Source of the DNA: Oscillospiraceae bacterium
GTDB lineage: Bacteria; Bacillota; Clostridia; Oscillospirales; UBA929
Direction of reading: 5' to 3'
Assembly (NCBI GenBank): GCA_031253545.1
Contig: JAIRWH010000068.1
Span: 16,165-80,164 of the forward strand
Length of the DNA: 64,000 nt
Part shown: one piece after another, positions 49,321 to 56,957 of the stretch
How the letters are laid out: each line of letters begins with the position of its first letter
Numbering within the stretch: position 1 is the stretch's first letter
Program-made: the position numbers and the translations under genes
The notes under the pieces: model-generated
What the model was told of the DNA's origin: nothing
Database searches by the model: none
The model's input: only the letters and a program-made list of their open reading frames with translations

Positions 49321-50400
49321 ATGCCGCAAGTGCTGTATTCGTCTGTGAAATACTCCGGCTACGACCCTGCGGGCACGCTGCCGGGCAAGTTCGGCAGGCT
49401 CCTTGCCGCCGCGGGCTTTGCCGAACGCGTGAAGGGCCGCAGCGTGGCGGTGAAGATGCACGTGGGGCGCGGCGTGGGCTACACCACCATCTCGCCGCTG
49501 TTTGTGAAGATGGTCACGGACCGGGTGAAGGAGGCGGGCGGGCGGCCGTTTATTACCGACCAAACCGTGGAAGACGCGAAGACGCGCGGCTACTCGGAGT
49601 CGCTCTTCGGTTGCCCCGTGCTCGACTGCTGCGGGCTGTTGGGCAAGTATTACTACGAAAAGCGCGTGGATTACAAGGGTTTCACCCATGTGGACGTGGC
49701 GGGCTATATACACGACGCGGAGGTGATGGTCAACCTTTCCCACGTGAAGGGCCACGGCGCTTGCGGCTATGGCGGCGCTTGCAAAAACATTGCCATGGGC
49801 TGTGTGACCGACCGCACGCGCCGGGAAATCCACGGCTTGGAGGGCGGCTTGGTGTGGGACAAAAACAAATGCACCCGCTGTAACGCCTGCATTACCGGCT
49901 GCAACCACAACGCGAACAAGTTTACCGAAAGCGGCGAGTACGATGTGTTCTACCATAACTGCACACTCTGCCAGCATTGCGTGAAGGCCTGCCCGGCGCA
50001 GGCGATTACGCTCGACAGCGATTGCTACGAAGATTTCCAGACGGGCATGGCTCTGTGCACGAAGGAAGTGCTCGGCACTTTTGCCCCCGGCGACGTGTAT
50101 CACATCAACTTCCTGACCAATATCACGTTCCTGTGCGATTGCTGGGGTATTTCCACGCCCGCCTTGGTGCCGGACATAGGCATTATGGCTTCCCACGACA
50201 TAGTGGCGTTGGAGAGCGCCTGCCTCGGCGCGATAAAGGAGGAAAACCTCCTCAAAGACGGGCTGCCGCAGGGTCATGTTATGCAGCCCGGCACACACCT
50301 GCTGGAAAAAATCCACGCGAAAAACCCTTACATACAAATCGGCAAACTGCAAGGCATGGGCCTTGGCAGCGACGATTACACGCTTTGCGAGATTGAATGA
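49321..50400 (+). CDS. DUF362 domain protein with 4Fe-4S dicluster ferredoxin insert
   Basis: VAVKMHVG...TISPLFV DUF362-like N-terminus. CTRCNACITGC and CTLCQHCVKACP cluster motifs. Confidence 0.6.
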   Translation: MPQVLYSSVKYSGYDPAGTLPGKFGRLLAAAGFAERVKGRSVAVKMHVGRGVGYTTISPLFVKMVTDRVKEAGGRPFITDQTVEDAKTRGYSESLFGCPVLDCCGLLGKYYYEKRVDYKGFTHVDVAGYIHDAEVMVNLSHVKGHGACGYGGACKNIAMGCVTDRTRREIHGLEGGLVWDKNKCTRCNACITGCNHNANKFTESGEYDVFYHNCTLCQHCVKACPAQAITLDSDCYEDFQTGMALCTKEVLGTFAPGDVYHINFLTNITFLCDCWGISTPALVPDIGIMASHDIVALESACLGAIKEENLLKDGLPQGHVMQPGTHLLEKIHAKNPYIQIGKLQGMGLGSDDYTLCEIE

Positions 50401-50414
50401 GGAGCGGAAAGACT

Positions 50415-51887
50415 ATGGAAAGCTACATTATCGGCATTGACGTGGGCACAAGCGGCACAAAGGCGCTGCTGCTGTGCGGCGGCGAGGTGGCGGGCAGCGC
50501 GAGTGCGGAATATCAGCCGGACTACCCGCAAGACGGCTACTCGGAGCAAGACCCCAATGTGTGGTGGGAAGCCGTAATCGCGGCGGTGACGGGGCTTTTG
50601 GAGAAGTACCCGATGGCGAAGGGCAAAGTGGCGGCCTTGGCCTGCTCCGGGCAGATGCACAGCTCCGTGTTCTTGGATTCGCAGGGCTATGTGGTGAGGA
50701 AGGCGTTGCTTTGGAACGACACGCGCACCACGAAGCAAGTGGCGTATCTCAACGAAACGGTGGGCGCGGAGAGGTTTTTGGAGTATACGCAAAACCGCGC
50801 CTTAGAAGGCTTCACGCTCCCGAAAATCCTTTGGCTGCGCGACAACGAGCCGGAAAACTTCGCCCGCACGGTGAAGGTGGTATTGCCGAAGGATTACATC
50901 AACTATATGCTCACGGGCGTGCTCGCCACGGAGTTTTCCGACGCGGCGGGCAGCGCGGCGTTTAATGTGCGCGAACGGCGCTTCTGCCGCGAACTGCTCA
51001 TGGAGATAGGCTTAGACGAGAGCCTGTTCCCTCCCGTGCTGCAATCCACGGCCGTGGTGGGCACATTGTTGCCCGCCGTGGCGGCGCATTTGGGCCTTTC
51101 GCCGGACACAAAGGTTGTGGCGGGCGGGGCGGACAATTCCTGCGCCGCCGTGGGCAACGGCATCACCAAGGCGGGGCAGGCCGTAATCAGCTTAGGCACG
51201 AGCGGCACCGTGGTGGCCATGTTAGACAACCTGCGCGGCAATATTACGGGCGACGTGCATTTGTTCAACTATTCGCACCCCGGCGCGTATTACGCCATGG
51301 GCGTAATGCTTAGTGCCGGCGCTTGCCTTGAATGGTACCGCTCCGTGTCCGGCTACGACAGGTTCAGGGTTATGGACGGCGAGGCGGGCGCGGCGGAGCC
51401 GGGCAGCCGGGGCGTGGTGTTTCTGCCGTATTTGGCGGGGGAGCGATGCCCATCCAACCCCCACGCGCGCGGTGTGTTTTTCGGTTTGTCCAATTTGTCG
51501 GGCAAGGCGGAGATGGCCCGCGCCGTGATGGAGGGCGTGGCGTACAGCTTCCGCTTCATGCTGGAGCTTGTGGAGGGCTTTACGGGGATAACGGAGCTGT
51601 ATATTACGGGCGGCGGGGCGAAAAGCGCCGTGTGGCGGCAAATTGTGGCGGATATTACGGGGCGCGAGCTTGCCGTGCTTAACAACACGGAAGGCCCGTC
51701 GCTCGGCGCGGCCATTATCGCCGGCGTGGGCGCGGGCGTTTACCGCAGCTTCGACGAGGCCAAGGGCTTGTTGCTGAGTAAGGAACTTACCGTGACACCC
51801 ACGAAGCACGACGCCTACGAACGGGGCTACAGCCTGTTCAGGAAACTATACGCGGCGCTCTGCCCGCTGTTTGCGGAGGCGCGTTAG
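50415..51887 (+). CDS. xylB: xylulokinase (FGGY family carbohydrate kinase)
   Basis: MESYIIGIDVGTSGTKALL, LLWNDTR, GGADNSCAAVG and YITGGGAKS motifs. Confidence 0.75.
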   Translation: MESYIIGIDVGTSGTKALLLCGGEVAGSASAEYQPDYPQDGYSEQDPNVWWEAVIAAVTGLLEKYPMAKGKVAALACSGQMHSSVFLDSQGYVVRKALLWNDTRTTKQVAYLNETVGAERFLEYTQNRALEGFTLPKILWLRDNEPENFARTVKVVLPKDYINYMLTGVLATEFSDAAGSAAFNVRERRFCRELLMEIGLDESLFPPVLQSTAVVGTLLPAVAAHLGLSPDTKVVAGGADNSCAAVGNGITKAGQAVISLGTSGTVVAMLDNLRGNITGDVHLFNYSHPGAYYAMGVMLSAGACLEWYRSVSGYDRFRVMDGEAGAAEPGSRGVVFLPYLAGERCPSNPHARGVFFGLSNLSGKAEMARAVMEGVAYSFRFMLELVEGFTGITELYITGGGAKSAVWRQIVADITGRELAVLNNTEGPSLGAAIIAGVGAGVYRSFDEAKGLLLSKELTVTPTKHDAYERGYSLFRKLYAALCPLFAEAR

Positions 51888-52558
51888 ACGGGGTACTCGC
51901 GGCAGAGCAGGCGATACGGCGGCTCGTCTTCCTCGATTTCGGGGAAACGACCCACATCGTCGAGAAAGCGGTTGTCCTCCTCGTCGTCGTTGGTTTGGCT
52001 GACCTCGCCGATTAGCACCGCGCCGCAGTCCCTCTTTGCCCAAAACGAATGATATAGCCCCGGTGTGAGCGTGACGCTCTCGCCGGGGGAAAGCTCTATT
52101 TCCGTGCCGGCGGCCACGGTCACGCTCACGCCGTCGCGGGAGATTGTCACGTCCGAATGGCAAAGCGAGCCGTCTTCGGCGGAGTTGTGCAGGCGCATGG
52201 AGAGTATGCCGCCGCCGCGGTTGATGATGTCCTCGGTTTTGCGGTGGTGGTAATGCGTGGGGCAGATTTGGTCTTCCCGGCTGATGAGCAGCTTTTCCGC
52301 GTAGTTTTTTTCGCCCGGCGCGGCGTTTGGCAGACCGTTGCGGAGCGTAAACAGCACCAAGCCCACGCCGGAAAAGCTGCCGAACCCGAAGTCCGTCACA
52401 TCCCAGCCAAGCCGCGCGGCGCGGATGCCGTCGCACTCGCGCCCCTTGCCTTGCCACTGTTCCGGCGTCCAGCGCGCGAACGGCGGCAGGGCGAAGCGGA
52501 AACTTTCGACGAAGGCCTCGGCATCTTTGATGGTTTGGTTGATTTGCGAACGTGTCAT
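51884..52558 (-). CDS. D-lyxose/D-mannose family sugar isomerase (cupin)
   Basis: LGWDVTDFG...LFTLRNG...YAEKLL...HYHHRKTEDIINRGGG...LSPGESVTLTPGLYHSFWA aligns closely with E. coli/B. subtilis D-lyxose isomerases (from memory). Confidence 0.8.
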   Translation of the reverse strand: MTRSQINQTIKDAEAFVESFRFALPPFARWTPEQWQGKGRECDGIRAARLGWDVTDFGFGSFSGVGLVLFTLRNGLPNAAPGEKNYAEKLLISREDQICPTHYHHRKTEDIINRGGGILSMRLHNSAEDGSLCHSDVTISRDGVSVTVAAGTEIELSPGESVTLTPGLYHSFWAKRDCGAVLIGEVSQTNDDEEDNRFLDDVGRFPEIEEDEPPYRLLCREYPV

Positions 52559-53514
52559 GGGTAATTCTCCTTTCTCATTAGCGCTGTCACGTCCTCAAGC
52601 CCGGGCATGGCGGGTATGCCGCCGCGCTTTGCCACGCATAGTGTGGCGGCGGCGTGGGCGAAGGCGCAAAGCTCGCGGGCGAGCGGCTCGGTAATGTTTT
52701 GCGGGCGGAGGCCGCGGGCGAGCAGGCCGCGCAGGAAGCCCGCCGTAAACGCGTCACCCGCGCCCGTGGTATCCGTGACGGGACCGGGGTATGTGGGGGT
52801 ATGGAGGCAAAAGCCGGGCCTGCAAAGCAGCGCCCCGCGCGCGCCGAGGGTGACGCACACGCAGCACGGGCCGCGCGAGAGCAGGGCCTTGCCCGCGCCT
52901 TCGGCATCGCCGATGCCCGTGAGCAACAGGGCTTCCTCCTCGGAAACCTTGAGTATGTCCGTCTGCCCCAACGCGGACGATATGCAGAGCGCGGCGGCTC
53001 GCTCGGACGGCCAAAGCATGGCGCGGTAGTTGGGGTCAAAGGATATAACGCAGCCGGCTTTGCGCGCGAGGCGGACGGTTTTCTGCGTGGCGGCGCGGGC
53101 GGCTATGCTTGTCATAGACAGCGAGCCGAAGTGGAAAACCTTCACGCCGCGCAGGGCGCGCGCGCTCAAAGCGGGAAGTTTGGCGTCCGCGCCGCGCATA
53201 AACGAAAAGCCCCGCTCGCCTTCGTCGGACAGCGCCACAAAGGCCATGCTCGTGGGTTCGCGCGGGTCGGCGGCGAGGTTTGCCACATCCACGCCGCATT
53301 GGAGCAACGCGCGGCGCAGGAAATCGCCGTGCATATCGCGGCCCACCTTTCCGGCGAACGCGGCGCGCCGGCCGAGCTTTGCCAGCGCGGCGGCCACATT
53401 GGCGGGCGCGCCGCCGGCGTTTTGCTCAAAGAGCCGCATGCCCGCGCCGCTGAGCCCCGCCGGGGTAAAGTCCACCAACACCTCGCCGAAACAAACGACC
53501 TCCGCGGTATCCAT
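52555..53514 (-). CDS. PfkB family carbohydrate kinase (fructokinase-like)
   Basis: VVCFGEVLVDF...GGAPANVAAALAKLG N-terminus and DTTGAGDAF ATP-site motif. Confidence 0.75.
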   Translation of the reverse strand: MDTAEVVCFGEVLVDFTPAGLSGAGMRLFEQNAGGAPANVAAALAKLGRRAAFAGKVGRDMHGDFLRRALLQCGVDVANLAADPREPTSMAFVALSDEGERGFSFMRGADAKLPALSARALRGVKVFHFGSLSMTSIAARAATQKTVRLARKAGCVISFDPNYRAMLWPSERAAALCISSALGQTDILKVSEEEALLLTGIGDAEGAGKALLSRGPCCVCVTLGARGALLCRPGFCLHTPTYPGPVTDTTGAGDAFTAGFLRGLLARGLRPQNITEPLARELCAFAHAAATLCVAKRGGIPAMPGLEDVTALMRKENYP

Positions 53515-53714
53515 AACGCGCCCGCTCCTTTCGCGCCCGTTCCGTATATGTTATACTACCACTTACGGGGGAAGGTGTAAAGGCAATTGTCGGCTTTCGC
53601 CTAACGCAGCGCGGCGCGAAAGGGAAAATTGCCGCCGTTTATTCCATTGCCGCCGGGAGTGAGAAAGATGATAAAGCTGACGAAAACGCCCGACAACGCG
53701 CGGAGAGCGTTTGA

Positions 53715-54836
53715 ATGAAACGTGACGGGGCGAAGGTTTTTAACGTATCCCCGATAGCCGCCATCGGCGCGGGCGGCGGGCCGGCGAAGAGCCGCCCCGC
53801 CCTCTTCCGCGGGGGCGGCAGGGTTGCCGCGCTTGCGCTGTGCGCCGTGTTGGCCGTGCCGTCCGGCTGCGGCGGCGGTATGGAGCGGTATAGCGCGGAG
53901 CGGATTGGCCCGTTTGACACAATCACGCAGTTAATTGCTTATGCAGATAATCAACGGGAGTTTGACGCTTGGGCGGAGGTATTCTTCGCGCGCTACGAGG
54001 AACTGCACCGTTACTACGATATATTCAACGAATATGAGGGCGTGAGCAACCTTTGCACGGTGAACAAACGCGCCGCCGACGCGCCTGTGGCCGTGCCGCG
54101 CGAGGTCACGGAGCTTTTGCTTTTGGCAAAACAGGGGTGCGAGATGACGGGCGGGGCGTTTAACGCGGCGCTCGGCCCGGTCACGGCAATCTGGCGCGAA
54201 TACAGGGAGCAAGGCGCGGCGCTGCCGCCGGGGGAAGCCCTGCGCCTTGCCGCGGAATACGCGGATATGGACGACGTGGTGATTGACGAGGCGGCAAGCA
54301 CGGTGTATTTCCGCAAGCGGGGTATGTCTTTGGACGTGGGGGCGATAGCCAAGTCGCACGCGGCGTCGCTGGCGGCCGCCGAGGCCGCGGACGCGGGCAT
54401 GGCCTCCGCGCTCATTAACGCCGGGGGCAATATAATCGCCCTCGCCCCTCCGGCGGAGCGGAGCCGCCGCGACTGGGCGGTGGGGATACAAAACCCCGAC
54501 CCCGCCGCCGGGAACGCGCTTATTGACACAATCTACATAAGCAGGAACACCGTGTCCGTGAGCGGGGGCTATCAGAGGTATTACACCGTAAACGGCGAGA
54601 GTTACCACCACATCATAGACCCGGACACGCTCATGCCCGCCTCGCGTTTCGCGCAGGCGGCGGTGGCGCACGAAGAGGCATGGAAAGCGGACGTACTCTC
54701 CACGGCGCTGTTTATACTGCCATTTGAGGCGGGCGCGGCATTGGCGGAGCAACACGGCGCGAAGGCCTTTTGGGTGGACGCGCGCGGCAAGACGTTTGAC
54801 GCGAACGGCTTTGACGCGCTCAGGAGCGGCAAATGA
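53715..54836 (+). CDS. apbE: FAD:protein FMN transferase (ApbE family) lipoprotein
   Basis: Lipobox VPSGC. GAFNAALGPV, LDVGAIAKSHA and HHIIDPDT motifs. Confidence 0.8.
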   Translation: MKRDGAKVFNVSPIAAIGAGGGPAKSRPALFRGGGRVAALALCAVLAVPSGCGGGMERYSAERIGPFDTITQLIAYADNQREFDAWAEVFFARYEELHRYYDIFNEYEGVSNLCTVNKRAADAPVAVPREVTELLLLAKQGCEMTGGAFNAALGPVTAIWREYREQGAALPPGEALRLAAEYADMDDVVIDEAASTVYFRKRGMSLDVGAIAKSHAASLAAAEAADAGMASALINAGGNIIALAPPAERSRRDWAVGIQNPDPAAGNALIDTIYISRNTVSVSGGYQRYYTVNGESYHHIIDPDTLMPASRFAQAAVAHEEAWKADVLSTALFILPFEAGAALAEQHGAKAFWVDARGKTFDANGFDALRSGK

Positions 54837-55207
54837 GGCGTAAACTTTACAACAAGGGCGATATATGGCTCCTCGCGTTGCTACCGGCGGCGCTTGCCGC
54901 CTTGCTGCTGCTCTCGCGGCGCGGGGAGGGGGCGGAGCCGCCCCGCGCGGTGATTACCGAGGGCGGCGGCGAAGTAATGAGTGTGGCTTTAGACAAAGAC
55001 ATTACCTTTACCTTGCCGGGCGACGGCGCCGTCGCCTTCGAGGTCAGGGGCGGGGCGATAGCCTTTGTGAGCTCGGATTGCCCGGACAAGACATGCGTGA
55101 AAACGGGTTTTGTCGGTCGCCCGGGACAAATGAGCGTATGTGTGCCGCGCCGCCTGTTGCTCGCCGTACGCGGCGGGGAGCGCGACGAAGACACCGTGGC
55201 GTACTGA
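54833..55207 (+). CDS. NusG domain II-containing protein (DUF1312)
   Basis: N-terminal anchor, then SSDCPDKTCVKTGFVGRPGQMSVCVP, typical of the NusG_II family. Confidence 0.7.
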   Translation: MRRKLYNKGDIWLLALLPAALAALLLLSRRGEGAEPPRAVITEGGGEVMSVALDKDITFTLPGDGAVAFEVRGGAIAFVSSDCPDKTCVKTGFVGRPGQMSVCVPRRLLLAVRGGERDEDTVAY

Positions 55208-55208
55208 C

Positions 55209-55745
55209 ATGAAGAAAGCGCGGGAGACGGCTTTCACGGGGCTTATGCTGGCGATAATGCTCGCGCTCACGTTCGTCGAGCACAGCCTGCCCCCGTTGCC
55301 GTTGCTGCCGCCGGGCATAAGGCTCGGCTTGGCGAACATCGCGCCGATGTATTGCGTGTTCTTCGGGGGCAGAACCCGCGCTGTGGCGCTGAACGCGCTG
55401 AAAGCGGGGTTTGTGCTGCTCACGCGCGGCGGGGCGGCGGGGCTGCTCAGTTTTTGCGGGGGCATGCTCTCCGTGGGCGTGGTGATATTGCTCGTGGCGT
55501 TTTTCGGGGAAAAGGCGTCTTATACGTCCGTGAGCGTGGCGGGCGCGTGCGCCCACAACGCGGGGCAATTCGCCGCCGCGTGGCTGCTGCTGCGCTCGCC
55601 GTATTTTTTAGCTTACCTGCCGATGCTGCTTTTGTCGGGCATACTCATGGGGTGCGCCACGGCGGCCTTGCTGCGCGCCGCGCTGCCCGCCCTGGGGCGT
55701 TTGGACATATGGTCCACCCGGCCGCGCAATCGCCGCCGGGAATAA
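55209..55745 (+). CDS. Gx transporter family protein (heptaprenyl diphosphate synthase component I-like)
   Basis: Track ORF trimmed to MKKARETAFTGLMLAIMLALTFVEHSLPPLPLLPPGIRLGLANI. 178-aa polytopic protein. Confidence 0.7.
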   Translation: MKKARETAFTGLMLAIMLALTFVEHSLPPLPLLPPGIRLGLANIAPMYCVFFGGRTRAVALNALKAGFVLLTRGGAAGLLSFCGGMLSVGVVILLVAFFGEKASYTSVSVAGACAHNAGQFAAAWLLLRSPYFLAYLPMLLLSGILMGCATAALLRAALPALGRLDIWSTRPRNRRRE

Positions 55746-55749
55746 AGGC

Positions 55750-56060
55750 GCGCCGCCCCGCCATTCCCGCCCGCTCGGTTTATGGCTGCGCCCCCGCAAC
55801 ACCCGTTCCCCCGCAACCTCCGTCCCCTAACCACTAACCACTAACCACTAACAACTATATCCCCACTCACGTGGTGCGCTATTACGCTTCGCATAATAAG
55901 TTTATCCGCTGACAACTAACAACTAACCACATCGAGGGTGTGGGGGCGGCAGCCCCCGGCCTTTTTGGGCGGGCGGGCGGGATACAATCCCGCGCGGCGT
56001 GCTATTACGCTTCGCGCAATAGGTTTATCCGCTATCCGCCAAAACTCCTACCAAACCCCC
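55750..56060. repeat. repeat hub part 1: GC-rich module, ACTAACC arrays, two copies of the CACGTG/hairpin module, inverted GC module with (GGGC)4
   Basis: TAA every 7 nt at 55828-55851. Module ccccactcacgtggtgcgctattacgcttcgcataataagtttatccgct at 55861-55910, with a diverged copy at 55990-56033. gggggcggcagccccc at 55942-55957 and gggcgggcgggcggg at 55967-55981. Confidence 0.8.
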
Positions 56061-56089
56061 TTGACAAGCCCCTCGCCCCGTGATACAAT
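56061..56089 (+). promoter_or_regulatory. strong sigma-A type promoter driving a short non-coding transcript
   Basis: TTGACA (56061-56066), 17-bp spacer, TGaTACAAT extended -10 (56084-56089). Confidence 0.65.
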
Positions 56090-56095
56090 GGGCAT

Positions 56096-56179
56096 ACAAA
56101 AGGGCGCTGCCGTCAAGCGGTTAGCCTAAGGGAAGCGAAAAATAACCGCTATACCTTGGCCGGTGGGCGGTTATTTTTT
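56096..56179 (+). ncRNA. candidate small RNA of about 85 nt (type I antitoxin candidate), ending in a bidirectional terminator
   Basis: Bounded by the promoter above and the hairpin aataaccgc-N17-gcggttatt (56141-56175) plus a T-run to 56179. No plausible ORF inside. The 3' end is antisense to the stop-codon region and terminator of the convergent 29-codon ORF. Confidence 0.5.
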
Positions 56180-56260
56180 CTTGCCTTTGCCGTTTATTAT
56201 CGCCACAATAATCGCGACTAACGCGAGAAGTAACGAAAGAATCTCGTACAAAGACAACAT
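56171..56260 (-). CDS. 29-aa hydrophobic peptide with lysine-rich C-terminus (type I toxin / holin-like toxin candidate): MLSLYEILSLLLALVAIIVAIINGKGKKK
   Basis: Not in the ORF track (too short). ATG at 56258-56260, TAA at 56171-56173. SD GGGGGTGA 5-6 nt upstream. Own promoter. The terminator begins at the stop codon. A single predicted TM helix followed by KGKKK. Confidence 0.6.
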   Translation of the reverse strand: MLSLYEILSLLLALVAIIVAIINGKGKKK

Positions 56261-56325
56261 CGGCCTCACCCCCTTTCACGGAGGGTATTGGCTAACCGCC
56301 TGCTTTTCAGGCAACGCCCATAAGG

Positions 56326-56354
56326 TTTATACCACAGCGCGGGCAATAAGTCAA
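56326..56354 (-). promoter_or_regulatory. sigma-A type promoter for the 29-codon ORF
   Basis: Reverse strand TTGACT (56349-56354), 17-bp spacer, TGgTATAAA extended -10 (56326-56331). Predicts a 5' UTR of about 58 nt. Confidence 0.6.
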
Positions 56355-56360
56355 TCCGAA

Positions 56361-56726
56361 ATCCCGAAACCCCGCCCGCCCGCCGCAAAGGAGCGGGGGC
56401 TGCCGCCCCCGCGCCCCCAACGGGGGCGGGGAACGCGTCGGCTTTCGCGCCCTGCTGTATACTGCGGTATTACGCTTCCCCCAACGGGGACGGGGAACGC
56501 AAGGCGTATTACCCGGTTTGGCGGGTTGTTGTGTTCGCGCCCTAACGGGGACAGGGAACGCGCCTTTCGGGCAAGGTCAAGGGGCTTCGCCCCCGCGCCC
56601 CGTCCCCTCGTCCGCAATCCCTGTCCCCTGACAACTAACAATTACATTCCCACTCACGTGGTGTGCTATTATGCTTCGCATAATAGATTTTTCCGTCCAC
56701 TAACCACTAACCGCTGACAACTAAAC
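56361..56726. repeat. repeat hub part 2: GC-rich module, three degenerate CCAACGGGGRCGGGGAACGC units, GGGAACGCGCCTTTCGGGCAAGG module, CACGTG/hairpin module, ACTAACC arrays
   Basis: ccccgcccgcccgcc...gggggctgccgcccccgc at 56370-56412. Units near 56416, 56482 and 56541. Perfect 9-bp hairpin ctattatgc-ttc-gcataatag at 56666-56686. Arrays at 56628-56646 and 56697-56726. Confidence 0.8.
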
Positions 56727-56774
56727 GCGCGGAGAGCGGGGTTTCACTTTTTTCCGAAAGGCGCGCGATACGGC

Positions 56775-56804
56775 TTGACAACACGGCGGCGGGTGTGGTA
56801 GCAT
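56775..56804 (+). promoter_or_regulatory. promoter candidate for the galactan-utilisation ABC operon
   Basis: TTGACA (56775-56780), 18-bp spacer, TAGCAT (56799-56804). Confidence 0.4.
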
Positions 56805-56957
56805 AGGGGGTATAAAACGGAATAGATACTCGGCGCGCGGGGCGCAAGTACCGCCGCGCCCCCGCGAAGGGTCGGTCGGAGTCCGCGTGGCCGGCTCTTA
56901 CGCGCCCGCGCGGGCGCTCTCGGCGGACAACAAAATTATTTTACGGGAGGAACAAAC

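Noticed and set aside
53667-53717. 16-codon uORF (MIKLTKTPDNARRAFE) overlapping the apbE start by ATGA
   Set aside because: There is no convincing SD, no recognisable leader-peptide logic, and such short frames are expected by chance.
55942-55966. gggggc-ggca-gccccc hairpin followed by ggccTTTTT, considered as the terminator of the Gx-transporter gene
   Set aside because: It lies about 200 nt downstream of the stop, has a 4-nt gap before the T-run, and is the inverted copy of the family GC core (GGGCTGCCGCCCCC). It may terminate transcription, but I cannot separate that from its being just a repeat module.
56096-56140. The forward short transcript considered as a riboswitch or attenuator, because an upstream GCGGTTA can compete with the terminator
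   Set aside because: I recognise no known aptamer consensus. There is no forward gene for about 800 nt downstream. The antisense-RNA interpretation fits the convergent peptide gene better. The alternative pairing is kept as a separate low-confidence observation.
56410-56600. Three units of about 22 nt, CCAACGGGGRCGGGGAACGC, spaced about 59-66 nt apart. Considered as a mini CRISPR array.
   Set aside because: There are only three degenerate copies. The 'spacers' contain other repeat-family modules. No cas genes or leader are present. The same motif occurs singly at about 14810.
56163-56717. 184-aa forward ORF (MGGYFFLPLPF...) covering the repeat hub
   Set aside because: It starts inside the bidirectional terminator and runs antisense through the 29-codon ORF and its promoter. 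It then crosses several repeat modules. The product is low-complexity and Arg/Pro-rich, with no SD. It is an artefact of an open frame in GC-rich repeats.
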